Assembly: GCA_021613535.1 (NCBI GenBank)
Contig: CP075492.1
Coordinates: forward strand, 4,774,001 to 4,838,000
Source: Adineta vaga
Taxonomy: Eukaryota > Animalia > Rotifera
Reading direction: 5' to 3'
DNA: 64,000 bases
Below, piece after piece: positions 37,387 to 51,004 of the stretch; position 1 is the stretch's first letter; every line of letters begins with the position of its first letter. Under the pieces are notes generated by a model. It ran no database searches. It was given only the letters and a program-made list of their open reading frames with translations, and was not told the origin of the DNA. The position numbers were made by a program, and so were the translations under genes.

Positions 37387-39030
37387 TTAAATCTCTGTTT
37401 CCATTGGTTCTCTGTCTGTGTCTGCTGCGACATAATCGACAGTTGATTCTGATATAGACGATGGTTTGCTTAAAATTGTAACTGTCGTGTCAAAATAATA
37501 TTTCATATCGAATATATTGTCTGTTGTCTTGATTGTCTCCGAAAATTTTCTCAGTACTTTCTCATGTTTCTGAAGAAGATCAACATGTTCGTTGATTTGA
37601 CGCATCTTTTGAACATCAACCATCAGTTGTTCAATTAGTGAATCAAGTTCAACACGCAGTGTTTCTTGTTGTTTGCCGAGATTTGCAACTTCACTACCTA
37701 AAGTAGTTGCCTGTTGAAGAGCACCTTCGTGTTGTGAGATAGCAATATTGTCAGGTAAAGTCAGTTGAATTTTAACTTCTTCTGTCTTATAAGTCGGTAT
37801 CGAGTCTTGTTTCGAATGGGTTGTCGAAGTGTTCGACTTACTATTACTGCTAAGCTTAGTATTAATGTCCGGAGATGTCGATTGTTGTTCTGTGCCTGCC
37901 GCATTTGGACTCGCTGTACAACTAGTTGTACATTTAGCTTCGTCTTTGTTCTTAATATTTGAATCAGAACATTTGTGGTTTGAATTTTTAATCTCCTTGA
38001 TTGTTTTTATTGACGAAGTGACCATAGAACGTACCATATTTTTGACTGTCGATTTTTCAGTCGAAGATTTGTTTGGAGATTCAGGATCCGCTGGAACTTC
38101 TGTGTATTTCAAAGCATTAATTACATGATTTGTCTCCGTATTTTTATTTGCTTCCATTGTTCTTTTTGCATTAAGAATTCCTTTTTCAGCATTACTTTGA
38201 TCTTGATATGCACAAAGTAAAGAGATCATACGTTCAATTAAATCTTGAATGCTTTTATCAATCAGTGACTGCTGGATATTACCGAACTTGAAATCATCAG
38301 TTAACACATCATTGAATTTCTCCAATACTGACACGATTTTTCCCATTGTATCGATTACTTCTTTAAAATTCTCACGAAAACGTTCTGTGACTTTTTCGGG
38401 AGTATTTGTGCGAGTCCATGCAAAAACATTATTCTGAATTTGGAAGATTCTATCATCGCTAACATTAAATAATTGATGTAAAATATTGTAATTTAGATTG
38501 CAACTGATTGCATCGCAGTTTGTTAGTACAACACAAACATTGTCCATGAGACTATTAGGCCAAATTTCATGTAGGAGAGAGAGAAAATGTTGAAAAGAAG
38601 TGCCAATACGTACGTTTGCACCATTAGCAACAATAATGATGCCACTTAGATAATCTAAAGCACTCAACGTTTTTTCGATCTGTTCTAAGTTTGATTGATC
38701 ATTCGAAACACCGTTTGTGTCATTGAAACCAGGTGTATCAATCAATTCGAATACAAGATCTTCTTCAATTTTCAGCGAATATGTATTCGTTGTTGTTGTT
38801 TGACTCTTTGTTTGATCATTAATATCACGTTCAGATGATAAATTATCCGGCGTAACTAAATCAGTCCAACCTTTGCATGGAATAGCTAATTTGAGAGGAG
38901 ATGGTTTTTCTGGTTCGAATACTTCATTAGCATTTCGTGTTCCATAACAGTAGTTGTACATTGCATTGATAAAAGCTGATTTGCCAGATCCTGTTTCACC
39001 GATCACAACGAATCTTTTCACTTGTATCAT
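37387..39030 (-). CDS. AIG1/septin-like P-loop GTPase with C-terminal coiled coil, intronless
   Basis: GETGSGKS, SQT, LIDTPGFNDT, VVLTNCD, FQIQN; TATAAATA at 39080-39087. Confidence 0.85.
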   Translation of the reverse strand: MIQVKRFVVIGETGSGKSAFINAMYNYCYGTRNANEVFEPEKPSPLKLAIPCKGWTDLVTPDNLSSERDINDQTKSQTTTTNTYSLKIEEDLVFELIDTPGFNDTNGVSNDQSNLEQIEKTLSALDYLSGIIIVANGANVRIGTSFQHFLSLLHEIWPNSLMDNVCVVLTNCDAISCNLNYNILHQLFNVSDDRIFQIQNNVFAWTRTNTPEKVTERFRENFKEVIDTMGKIVSVLEKFNDVLTDDFKFGNIQQSLIDKSIQDLIERMISLLCAYQDQSNAEKGILNAKRTMEANKNTETNHVINALKYTEVPADPESPNKSSTEKSTVKNMVRSMVTSSIKTIKEIKNSNHKCSDSNIKNKDEAKCTTSCTASPNAAGTEQQSTSPDINTKLSSNSKSNTSTTHSKQDSIPTYKTEEVKIQLTLPDNIAISQHEGALQQATTLGSEVANLGKQQETLRVELDSLIEQLMVDVQKMRQINEHVDLLQKHEKVLRKFSETIKTTDNIFDMKYYFDTTVTILSKPSSISESTVDYVAADTDREPMETEI

Positions 39031-39406
39031 GATAAAGTTAGTTTTACAAAATGAATAGATGATACGATCATAGGCAACTTATTTATATACTTTTTTTATC
39101 ATCCTAATTTGTGGTTTTTACCATCTTTCTTCATTCAATTAGAACTGGTTTTTTTCTATGATTCAAAATGACATCAAGAAGAAAAGAACACGTGACGCCA
39201 TCCTCAAATGACTATAATAAAATGACATATGTTACCATGGAATTCTATCTTTACAGTTTTATGTTGAAAACATTATCATCAATCTAATGAAAAGACGTCA
39301 TTTGTCATGATAGAATTTTCCCAACTTTCAAAGACTATTTAAGTATGCTCAATCAACGATTTAGTTACACTTATTCGATAGACACATATTTTCATTTATC
39401 TGTACA

Positions 39407-40870
39407 ATGGTTGCCGACTGCGATGTTGTGCTCATATTTATTGGTGAATCTGGATCTGGCAAATCGACATGTATCAACTATTTCGCTAATTTTTTTGCTA
39501 GTACAGGTTTTTCTCAAACTGGCGGATATGCTAATGTACAAGTTGTGATTCCAAATCGGCTTTTCCCTCAAGTTGCATCCGGATTTACTAGTAATGAACG
39601 CAATGTAAATGATAAAACAATGAGTCAAACAATGCACTGCAATGACTACAATTTTGTTTGGTCAACGGACGAGAATAAAATAAAAATCAAAGTCATTGAT
39701 ACTCCTGGATTTAATGATACAGATTCACGACGTGATGATGATAATATTCAAGAAATTCTTCAGACAATTGCTAAACTTCCATTCATTACAGCTATTATCA
39801 TCACTATTAATGGCACGAACTCCCGTCTTTCAACATCTGTCAAAAGTACATTAGATCAATTACGTAGTTCATTACCAGACAGTGTCTTCGATAATCTTTT
39901 CTTTATTCTGACAAATTGCACTGAAAGTGAACGAAATTTTGATTTGAAACTGCTCTACGAATATTCACCACATGAACAACGTATCTTTCACATGCAAAAT
40001 TCCTTGTTCAGCGTCGAAAGTCGTAATGTTATCGAAAACAATTCTAAAAATGCTCGTCGTGCTGAATTAAATTGGCAAGATTCAATGGATACAATTACAG
40101 ATATCATGACTGCAGTTCAACAGACATGTGCAACATCAACACAAATATTCAATGAGATGCGTATGAAACGGGAAGAACTCATTGCTCACAAAGAAAATCT
40201 GATTGACAAACAAAAATCATTATTACAAATTTTAAATCAATTAAAAATTGAACGTGATCGACTGACCAATGCACAAAATGATCAAGAAGCTAATCAGAGC
40301 TATACTACTAATAAAATGATTGAAAAGATTGATCTTGAGAAAAAAGAATATTATAGTACGATTTGCACCGAACATGGTAAAGTAATGGTATGTCACAAAC
40401 GATGCGGGCTAGATTATCAGCCAGGTCACAATTTGGCTCATTTCAAAAATTGTGCTGCAGCAGATAAATCAGGTAACAATTGCAAACATTGTCAATGTGG
40501 AATGAATCAACATTTACATACATACGAAATTCCAGTAGCAAGAATGGTTGAAATCGAAGAAATTATTCAATCGAAAAAAGCTGCTTTCGATCAGGCTTCA
40601 CAAGAAGTACAAACTATTCAAGATCAATTGAATCAATTAGATATTGCTTCCAATAAGATGCGAAAAGAAACAGATGAATGTAAAAAAGGAATTTTACATT
40701 CAATTCGTGAACTCAAGAAAATTTGTTCTCGTTTCAATTTTGTTGAAATGATGAGTACGACCATTGAAAAATTACGCCAAGAGGCAAAGATAGCACGAGA
40801 TTTTCAAACCAAACAAGAATTCAATAATACAGCAAATGCTATCCAAAAACTTATTCAAGATTTAAATTGA
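39407..40870 (+). CDS. AIG1/septin-like P-loop GTPase with Cys/His cluster and coiled coil; paralog of the divergent neighbour
   Basis: GESGSGKS, SQT, VIDTPGFNDT, FILTNCT, FHMQN; CTEH...CHKRCGL...HFKNC...CKHCQC..NQHLH. Confidence 0.85.
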   Translation: MVADCDVVLIFIGESGSGKSTCINYFANFFASTGFSQTGGYANVQVVIPNRLFPQVASGFTSNERNVNDKTMSQTMHCNDYNFVWSTDENKIKIKVIDTPGFNDTDSRRDDDNIQEILQTIAKLPFITAIIITINGTNSRLSTSVKSTLDQLRSSLPDSVFDNLFFILTNCTESERNFDLKLLYEYSPHEQRIFHMQNSLFSVESRNVIENNSKNARRAELNWQDSMDTITDIMTAVQQTCATSTQIFNEMRMKREELIAHKENLIDKQKSLLQILNQLKIERDRLTNAQNDQEANQSYTTNKMIEKIDLEKKEYYSTICTEHGKVMVCHKRCGLDYQPGHNLAHFKNCAAADKSGNNCKHCQCGMNQHLHTYEIPVARMVEIEEIIQSKKAAFDQASQEVQTIQDQLNQLDIASNKMRKETDECKKGILHSIRELKKICSRFNFVEMMSTTIEKLRQEAKIARDFQTKQEFNNTANAIQKLIQDLN

Positions 40871-41439
40871 AGTGTGATGTTTATTTCTCTCTTATGATAA
40901 TCAAGACTTGGTGATTTCATTAAATAAATATACAAATTAAGATTTCGTATATACCCTAGAAAAGTTTTAGATAACACTCAATAAATATCATGATACTTTG
41001 GTTATAAGAATACTACATTGTTCATACGTTTTGCAGGTATTCCAACTTTATGCATAAGTTTATTTGATTGCGTAATGAAGTATCATACGAAGCGATGATA
41101 TTATTTGTAAAATTAGAATGTGCTCTATTGCTCACGATTTTGACAATGAGTTAACTGCTACATCGTTACCGTAGTATAAAATTAAGCAATATTTCGTTGC
41201 TACTTGTTATGGAACGATTTGCAATTTTAGTATCAATCTGATCTTCTCTCATTTGTAGATACAAATCTTGTCGAAGAAAATTCAAAAAGAATATAGTAGA
41301 ATTCGTGTTATTTTCTATAACAATACGAATAGAAGCTTTTGTTATCAGAATAATTTCAACCATGATAACGTGAGAATTTATAAAATTGACAAAAAAGAAC
41401 TTCCTTTTATCTACAATTTCTAAAGAACAAAAAACAATT

Positions 41440-42071
41440 TTAGTTCGATATCAGTGAAAATTTTTGAATTCTATCATTTCCTAAATCAGTCACATAAAGA
41501 TTTTCGTCTGCATCAAATAATAATCCCATACGACTGTCCAATTGATCTATTCTTCTTCCTTTTCCACTTCCTACTGCTACCGTAATAGCAGATTGTTTTC
41601 AATTGTTAAATCCGAACTCTAAAGAAGAAAAAGAACAACGCCATTACTTTATTTTTTGTTTAAGAATTCGTTGTTTATATGAATCAACAGTATTTTCTTT
41701 CATTCTTCTCTTCTCTTCTCACAAAGATGACATCTTCTTTAATCGCATACCATCATGCTATCGTATGCTCTGACCTGTAAACTATATGCATATAATCTTC
41801 TATTCTGTTAAAGTTTATCCTAAAAGAAATTCAAAATAAAACTTATTGATATTAAACATACTTTTTCTGGGTATTTTCATTGAAATTTTCTTAATAAATA
41901 TTTGTGAAACTTGTTGCAGTGAAATTGTTGATAAACCATCGAATTCTTTATTTAATTCGTGACGATGTTTCTCTAAACGTCTAAAACAATATTCTTCTAA
42001 ACATCCTTTACAAGAATATATGTGATTTTTCTTTTATTGCATTGAATACATTGTGTTCTGTTATCTGCCAT
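41440..42071 (-). pseudogene. Decayed Cys-rich/B-box-like + NHL-repeat gene
   Basis: Minus strand MADNRTQCIQCNK...SCKGCLEEYCF (frameshifted). The end reads FNN*KQSAITVAVGSGKGRRIDQLDSRMGLLFDADENLYVTDLGNDRIQKF: one NHL repeat, with an in-frame TGA at 41599-41601. Confidence 0.7.
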
Positions 42072-43339
42072 GACTATTTCCTAAATGACTAAAATGAGCG
42101 AAATATCGGCATGCATTTTAGTGTATAAACATAATATTTTGCTTGATTGATAGTTTATTTTAGGAGAATACTAGTTCAATTTCAAAGGAATTTCAATGTT
42201 TCTTTTTCTAATATCAGATAAGAATATGAATTAGTTTCTACTTTCATTAAATAAATGTTGAATAGAGATCATTCACGGTCATAGATATGTATAACATCTC
42301 AATCGATCGTCAAGAGCATTTTATTTTCAAGTTAATTATTACAACGCAAAGATAGTTATATTCTCTACTAATCGAGTAAATCGATGATACATGATGTTTC
42401 AATATTATATTTTTAAATAAATTCTTATCCAATTGTGCTTGGAGAGTAACTGCTTCATAATTCTCTTTTAAAAAAAGTCCATATTATGCTTCTCCTACTT
42501 TGGTCGTTATGGTTTGTTCCATATATTTTAATTTATAGATTTTCAAATCAATGCAATCTGGTTTCGTAATTAACGACTGATAGAAATATTTTATGTATTT
42601 ACGAAGGCGTTATACGAGACTTGTGATCTTAAAGGAAATAGATTTTTCCAAATTTTATGTATGGTGTTTCTTTCAACGCATATATTTTAGGAGCTGATAG
42701 AGATTTATTTCTTTTTCTAAATATTTTTTTGAATTTACAGATAACTAGCTAACGTATTCAGCGGTACTCCAAATTTTTTTATCTTTAGAACATGGAGATA
42801 CATTTCTTCTATACGCACACTCGTATTTTCATCCATGTTCTTATTTACTTGCAGCTCCTGAAACATCAGTCTCACCCGCACCAAGAAAAGCTAGACTACC
42901 CATTAACAAAAAAAAACAGAATAGAAAAAGAACGCAAATAAATGTAACGATATAACAAAAGAAACAACTCGCATCGTCACTTAACCGTTCTGTCTGTATC
43001 GATTCCAGTTTTAGCTATATTCACACCGGCATGAATGAATGCACCAAACAGTCTAGTATCTACAGATACATCTATATCCGCATCTAAGTTCATCAACAGC
43101 GTTCTCACTCGTTCTGTCACCTCCAGCTACTTGATTTGCTTTGCTTTCTTGAATTCTTTGGCTTCCTTAGACTTGATTTTAGAGGGATTTCGTTGTACTT
43201 CAGTCATTCTAAGTAGAACTTAAAATGTAGTATTCTTCAAGAGCTCTTAATTCATGGAATTCGCACAGGCAGGTCTCACTAACCATCTTTTCCACCATTC
43301 TTTTTCGAATATAAGATAGAATTTCTGCATGTTTTCAAG

Positions 43340-46300
43340 ATGAATAGAATATACATTCTACTGATGATTCAATTCTTGTGTTCAATAACAAGAACTCAAT
43401 TCAATTTGTACCACACTGATCAGAATCATAATGTAGGTAGTTTTTACACCGATTGTCTTCGTCATTATAGTTATAGAGAGTGGGAGTTTGCAGAAATAGT
43501 CGAATATTGCATCGATTCAATGAATAACAATAATGTAGTGACTGAACCATTTCCCAATACAACCAATGGAAATTTTACATTCGATCAACTACGTGAACTA
43601 AATGTGAGCACACAAGATCTTATTTCATGGTCTGCATCAATTGATTTAGCTGAACGATATCAATTCTACATTGAACAACAAGGAAATTCATCGACATCGA
43701 ATGAACTTTTTTTCAATTGTACAATACCATGGTTTGGATCTCGATGTCAATATTCGTTTGGTCTAGGATCAACTTATAATTTTGAAACTATTGTACGCAA
43801 AACATTTTCAAAAAAATTCTTCAATAGTCCACCTTATCGGGTGACTAATCTGACCTGTTACATTCATTTACAATGTGATCGTGGAAGTTCTATGATGTGT
43901 CTTGACTGGCGTGAGATCTGTGATGGACGAATTGATTGTATCGATGGAGGTGCAGATGAAGAAGGATGTTTGGCTTTGGAAATGAACGAATGTAATGAAG
44001 ATGAATATCGTTGTCATAATGGATTATGTATTCCAAAAGATTTTTTTCATGATGATTATCCAGAATGTCATGATAAATCAGATCTCCAAAAAATAGTCGC
44101 CTATACTAGAAATGGATATGTAAGTATATTTGAGTATGAAGAACATTCATGTTTTCCAGGTTACAAACAATTTCAATGTGGAGATGGACGATGTGTAGGA
44201 GACTTTGATGAGTGTCTTACTAAACGACATTCATTCTTGTATGATTCGATAAGTCTACAAGGAAATTTATCATACAAGTGTTGGTCAATAATGATTTGTC
44301 TAACTAAAATTAACAATCATATTAATGGCATATCATGTCGAAAAATCTTGGAATCATCAAATATTTACATCTGTTTACAAAGTTGTGATGTTGATATTAT
44401 TCAGTTTCCAATTGTTCCTGTACTTTTTGGTCATGTGCGTTTTTTGTATGTGGTGAATAATATTTCCGATATAGATCATAATCTAGCACTTGCACCTGAT
44501 TATATCTGTTACGATAATGAACTATGTGATTTTCTTCAGCCAACATTTCGTTATGGAATTCATAGTTGTCGAAAGAGTGATGATATTATTCTAAATTCAA
44601 GTATGACATTTCGAACATGGTCCTCTATTATTAGTATAATTGAGCGTTATTTTCGTAAATGTTCGATACGACACAAAAATGATACTACTTCTCAATTTCA
44701 ACATTCAGTCTTGTATTGCTGTCGAAATTCATCAAAATGTATTTCGAAACATCGTCTTAATGATCATATCTCGGATTGTTATCTAAATGATGATGAAGAA
44801 GAATATGAAAGTAGTTGCTTACCAAACAATGCACAACGATTTAAATGTGACAAGGAAAAGAAATGTTATTCACCAATAGTGTCGAGAGAAATTTGTCCTA
44901 TCAGATATGAACTCAATTTGGATGAAATAAATATTCATCACATATGTGATCGAGATGTTCAAATGTTACCTGTACTTATTCATGGCCAAAATCATAGTGA
45001 TGAAACTGAATGTGAACATTGGAAATGTAATAATATGTATACACGATGTGATGGTTTTTGGAGTTGTCCAAATGGAGAAGATGAAGCAAATTGTACAACA
45101 AAACGACAGATTTGTCCATTAAAATCGTTTGCTTGTGTATCACCATGGAACTATACAATGATATGTTTGTCAGCCCATCGGGTTAATGATGGACATACCG
45201 ATTGTCTTGGATCAGCGGATGAACTTCATTATTGTCGTCAAAATATTAGATATGAAAACAAGTATTATGGTTTTCGGTGTTGGAATGATAGTCAATGTAT
45301 AACATCTATAGATCTTTGTGATAAACGAAAAGATTGTATGTTCAATGATGATGAGATATTTTGTGGAGATTATCAAGAATCATGTGCAAAATGCAAATAT
45401 GTCAATTGTACCGATGTGACAGAAACTCTTTGTCCTATAGGTAATTTAGGTGGGGTAGAATTCTCACTTGCAACGTTACCACTATATCCTTCATCTTCTG
45501 GACAAAGAAGAATTGAACACATTTCTCAACAATCACGAAACTTACATAGTATTGAAAAATTGATCACAACTGAACCTTATGATCGTACATGGCCATGGCG
45601 TTGTAATAATGGTATTTATGTTAGCCTCTGGCCTGGAAATAATTCTTCGAACTATCGATGTTTGTGTCCATCGCCTTACTATGGTGATCATTGTCAATAT
45701 CAAAATCAACGCGTTAGTCTTACAGCAAAAATAACTGTCTTTGATAAAAAAGGTATCTATTCTCTTATTGTCTCATTAATCGGTGAAGCTGGTGATCATG
45801 AAGAAGTCAATTCCTATCATGAATTAATATCAATCAGTAATCGAGGATGCAAACGTGTTCAAAACGCATATCTCACTTATTTATCACGCCCAAAAAATAA
45901 CTCAATGAACTACAGTATTCATGTTGATGTTTATGACAAAACTAATTTAAAATATCTTACTAGTTGGTATTTTCCAGTTCCTTTTACATTTTTACCTAAT
46001 AATCGAATGCCTATAAACTTGGCTATATCGAATGATCAACCATTTCGTCCTAAACATTGTAGTTTAACATGTCACAATGGTGAATGTATGAAATATATTA
46101 ATGATGTCAAGATATTTTGTCGATGTCATACAGGTTGGACTGGTGCTCGATGTGATATTTCTATTCGTTGTAGTGATTGTTCATCTGATTCGATGTGCAT
46201 TGGTATGATCCATAATCGATCGATATGTCTTTGTCGCGTTCATCGAGGAGGTCCACGATGTTTACTTCCACTTTCATGTCCCAATCAATTGTGTGACAAT

Positions 46301-47927
46301 AATGCTTCTTGTGTTTTGATAGATGATGTTCCTAATGACAGAGGTTTTTTGTGCAATTGTACTGAAGGATTTATGGATTTGTTGTGTCAAATTCCTAAAC
46401 CAAGACTTGAGATATCTCTTCATAATACATTCTAATAATTTTATGCGTTTCGAACAATTGGAACAGACTGTCCTACCACAACAACTAAAAATGTTTCAAA
46501 AATCTATACTTGTATACACGATGATGGATTTTAGAATGGCATTTATTAATATTGACGAAAACATTTATCTGATAGTTGTTCAACAAGTTGATCAATATAA
46601 TGTTACCACATCGGTCAATCCTTCTCAACGATGTCCATTGATTAATGAAGTTTTAAATTCTTCATTAGCAAGTTTACATCAAATACGACGAATGAAATAT
46701 TATTATATGATATGTCAAACTCATCTTTCCTTGCAATGTTTCTTTGATGAACCATACATGTGTTTATGTACTATTGATCGTGATGCTAATTGTTTGAAAT
46801 TCAATGCTACTTCTCCCATATGTCGACATACTATTTATTGTGAGAATGGTGGACGATGTTTGAACGATGGTACTTTATGTCCAGTATCGACACTTTGCAA
46901 ATGTAGTGATTGTTATTTTGGTGATCGTTGTCAATTTCATGCAAAAGGTATTGGATTAACATTAGATGATATCTTACGTTATGATATTCAACCAAATGTA
47001 AACGTGTTTGATCAATCAATTTTAGTAAAATGTTGTGCATTATTGACAATAATTATGTTCCTTATAGGCTTGATCAATAGTGCTTTAGCTGTCTTAACAT
47101 TTCGTATGAAGAAATCTCGAGAAGTTGGTTGTGGCCTATATCTTCTTGCATCGTCTGTCACTTCACTTCTCACCGTGAGCATGTTGACAGTAAAATTTTG
47201 GTTTCTTCTTTTCACTCAAATCAATTTAATTGCTAATAATTCTATTGTTTATGGAGGATGCCGATCGTTAGAATTTATTTTAAAAGTTTGTCTATACACG
47301 GATAACTGGTTGAATGCTTGTGTAGCCCTAGAACGTCTAATGACTGTAAAAACAGGAGTTAGTTTTAACAAATTATTGAGTAAACGCATTGCACAATGGG
47401 TAATATTCTGCTTACCACTTGTGACTATGATATCCATTATTCATGAACCTATTCATCGAAATTTATTTGAAGATAAATATGAAGAACGGGTGTGATGTCT
47501 CTTTCTCTATTCTCGTTCGCTTCATACATACAATGTATTTATTTCACTTTTTCATCTATTTGGCCCATTTTGTGCTAATCTTTGTTCGGCTGTTTTCATT
47601 ATTATTTATACCGCTAGACAACGAGCAGTATTACAATCACGAATTTCATATAGACAACATCAATGGCAACAGTTGATGGAACATAAACATCTTATTATCA
47701 GTTCTGTCATTCTAGCTGTTCTTTCAACACCTCGTATTATCATTGCATTCTTAACAGAATGTGTAAAAATGTCTCATAATTCTCAACTGTATGCTGCAGG
47801 TTATTTCATATCGTTCATGCCATCAGTAAGTATCTTCATTGTATTTGTGATGCCATCAGACTTTTACAAAGAACAATTCACAAAATCTGTCAAAATTGGA
47901 CTAAATTTCATCGTTCGACGTCAATAA
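43340..47927 (+). pseudogene. Large LDLa/EGF-repeat ectodomain 7TM receptor, disrupted (frame break near 46430, nonsense codon 47493-47495)
   Basis: Signal peptide; many LDLa (CDGRIDCIDGGADEEGC) and EGF (CRCHTGWTGARC) modules; 7TM (EVGCGLYLL, WLNACVALER). The reading frame continues past EERV-TGA-CLFLYS to the stop at 47927. Confidence 0.75.
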
Positions 47928-48597
47928 TTCTTATTAAAAGACCCTTTAGAATCATTTGAATTACGATACATTTTCATTCGATAGCTGTCTACGTTTTCAA
48001 ATATATTCATTATCATCAGGCTTTTTTTCTCGGTAATATGTTCAATAAATGTCACATACATCAAATGACGATCTCTATGAATATATATAAGTGTAGACGG
48101 CGTAATCGCCTCAAATCGCACTTATAAAATTGATAAATCGCTGCATATCTCATATATATCAAAGATTACCGTGAACCTACGATTAGAAATCCTACTACGA
48201 GAATATTGGTGCAAACCAAACAAAATTGAATCTTCGTAAATACATTTCAAAGAATTATATAATTTTTCATACACTCTAAGATTTATCTCACTTTCAATTC
48301 TCAAATAAATATATGTTCATAACAGACATAGAAAAAAGGAAATTCATGAAATATCTTCCTTTCCGCTAAAGTAAACATGAAAAATTCTTTTTTTCTTCTT
48401 ATGTTTCTACTGAATGTTTGTCTTGACTACTTCTAAGTTTGAGAGAATTGTAATAATAAAAAGAACAGAAAAAAGTGTTGCCCAACAGTGACAAGAAAAG
48501 GAAAGAAAACCAATTTAGCAAGCATAACTCGATACATGCATACAAATAAATCACTCTTGCAACTATGTATATTTGCAATACATAAAAAAGAACAACA

Positions 48598-50516
48598 ATG
48601 GGGAATAGCGAATCAAGCAGCAGCAACAGTAAAACAAATCAACAGATATCTTTAACTTCGAGAGAAGTACGTGAACGCCGACGCTTTGATCTGCACAAAG
48701 TCCAAAATGTTCTTGTAATATGGTTAGATAATAACATCGATGACAGTAATAAAGATTATCAAAATACTATGACACAAATTCGACAAGTTATTAATGATCT
48801 GAATATTTACACAGATGACGATCAATGTATCGAATTTCTTGAAACAATCGGAGATCGCAAGGTTTGCATGATTTTTTCAGGTTCAGTTGGTCAACATATT
48901 ATACACCGTGTACATAATATGATTCAAGTTCATTCGATTTTTATATTCTGTAGCAACAAGAGATATCATGAAGGGTGGACCAAAGAATGGCCAAAAATCA
49001 AGGGCGTCTACACAGAAATAAAACCTATCTGTGTAGGTCTTAAACAAGCAACACAAGAATGTGAACAAAATATCGTGTCTATAAGTTTTGTAGGATCCAA
49101 CAAACGATTCAATCAATTAGATCCATCATTTATGTACACACAAATTTTGAAGGAGATCCTATTAACGATTAAATTCGATGATACATATATTCAAGATTAT
49201 ATTGTCTATTGTCGAGATTGTTTTGCTGAAAATGAAACAGAATTGAACAATGCGAAATTCTTGAAAAGTGATTACCATAAGAAAACACCGATCTGGTGGT
49301 ATACTTATGAATGTTTCTTATATCGTATGCTTAATTGTGGAATACGAATGTTGGATGGTGATATTATAACACGAATGAGATTTTTCATTAATGATTTACA
49401 TCGACATATTGAACAATTATACGAAGAACAACATATTTCTGAAACTTTTACAGTTTATCGTGGACAAGGCTTATCAAAAGTAGATTTCGAACAATTGAAT
49501 CAGACTTCCGGTGGATTAATGTCATTTAATAACTTCTTATCTACCAGTACGATTCGTGAAGTTTCACTTGACTTTGCTGAACGAACTGCAACTAATCCAG
49601 ATTTAGTAGGAGTTCTTTTTGTAATGAAAATTGATCCAACTCGTTCGACGACATCGTTTGCATTAATTCATGGTATTAGTGCCGTTTCAGGAGAAGGCGA
49701 AGTGTTATTTTCAATGCATAGTGTCTTTCAAATTCTAGATATTAGACAAATGAAGGAAAACAAGAAACTCTACGAAGTAAACTTAACACTTACCAATGAT
49801 AACGATAAAGAATTATCTGTACTTACTGAACACATACGAAAAGAGAGTTTTCCAGACGCGAAAGGATGGTATAGACTGGGTTTGGTATTGAAAAAGTTGG
49901 GTCAAGATGATAAAGCCGAAGAGATTTTTAAAATGATACTTAATCAAACAACGCAAGATAGTGAAAAGGGAACAATTTATCAGCAACTTGGTTGGATCAA
50001 ATATAATCGAAGAGAATATCAAGAAGCACTTCGATTCTATGAAAAATCACTCTCCATCAATGAAAACATTCTTCCTCTTAATCATCCTGATTTGATGCAA
50101 CTTACAATAATATTGGCGGGACACTTCAAAACATGGGTGAATATTCAAAAGCACTTTCATGGTATGAAAAAGCTCTTGCAATTCAACAACAATCGCTCTC
50201 TCCAAATCATCCTGATTTAGCTATGCATTACAACAACATCGGTACAGTGTATTACAATATGCATGATTATGTAAAAGCATTATCATCGTACGAAAAAGCC
50301 TTATCAATCAAACAACAATCACTTCCTTCTAGTCATCCTAGCTTTGTTTCATCTTACAACAATATCGGCTTGTTATATGAAACCATAAAAGACTATGCAA
50401 AAGCCTATTCATTTTTCGAACGTGCTATCGAAATTGGGCAAAAATCATTACCAGCAAATCACCGTAGTCTTCTAGAACCCAAACAAAATCTTGAACGTGT
50501 TAAAAGCAAACTATAA
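48598..50516 (+). CDS. ADP-ribosyltransferase (R-S-E type) + TPR protein; 1-nt frameshift near 50096
   Basis: MGNSES myristoylation-like start; PIWWYT, VYRGQ, FLSTS, GEGEVLF; kinesin-light-chain-type TPRs (HPDLAMHYNNIG). One extra base restores HPDLxATYNNIG. Confidence 0.82.
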
Positions 50517-51004
50517 GTTGAGGGTGGGTGGATGAGAATGTGATTCATGAGAAGACAAAATCCAAATTTCTCTTATTATGAAACTGAATATAAACAATAT
50601 CGGGCTTATATCGTTCGTTGATCTAGTTTAAAACTGATTTTGTAGTCAAAACTATAACTCCTTCACGAGATAGAACAAAATAAACAACTCATAGTAATAA
50701 TATTTGATTCAAAGACTTTACATGTAATATTCGCAAATTCATGAAGAAAGATTCTGATTTGGTAAAGACGATTAAATGGAATTTTTGCTTCTAAAAGATT
50801 TCATTAACACGAATCTTATCGACAAAATTGAAAATGAATTCAAAGAAAAGAAATAATCATAGATTTATTATAAGATGATGAATTTATTGAAATGTATGAC
50901 AATGAGCAGATAGAAGTTTTTCTTTATTTAAAGACGATTGTTACAAAACGGTGTAACGTTTAGTTTTAATTTATAATCTTGTTGATCAATACTTTGTACT
51001 AGCA

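Noticed and set aside
29131-40870. Bacterial contamination or a prokaryotic operon/defence island
   Set aside because: Base composition looks like the flanks, intergenic gaps are long, TATA boxes are present, no Shine-Dalgarno pattern is evident, and the block is contiguous with spliced metazoan genes.
41599-47495. TGA-to-Trp recoding, suggested by two TGA codons at probable Trp positions
   Set aside because: TGA is a normal stop elsewhere (8557, 37271, 40870), TGG is used throughout, and both genes carry other lesions.
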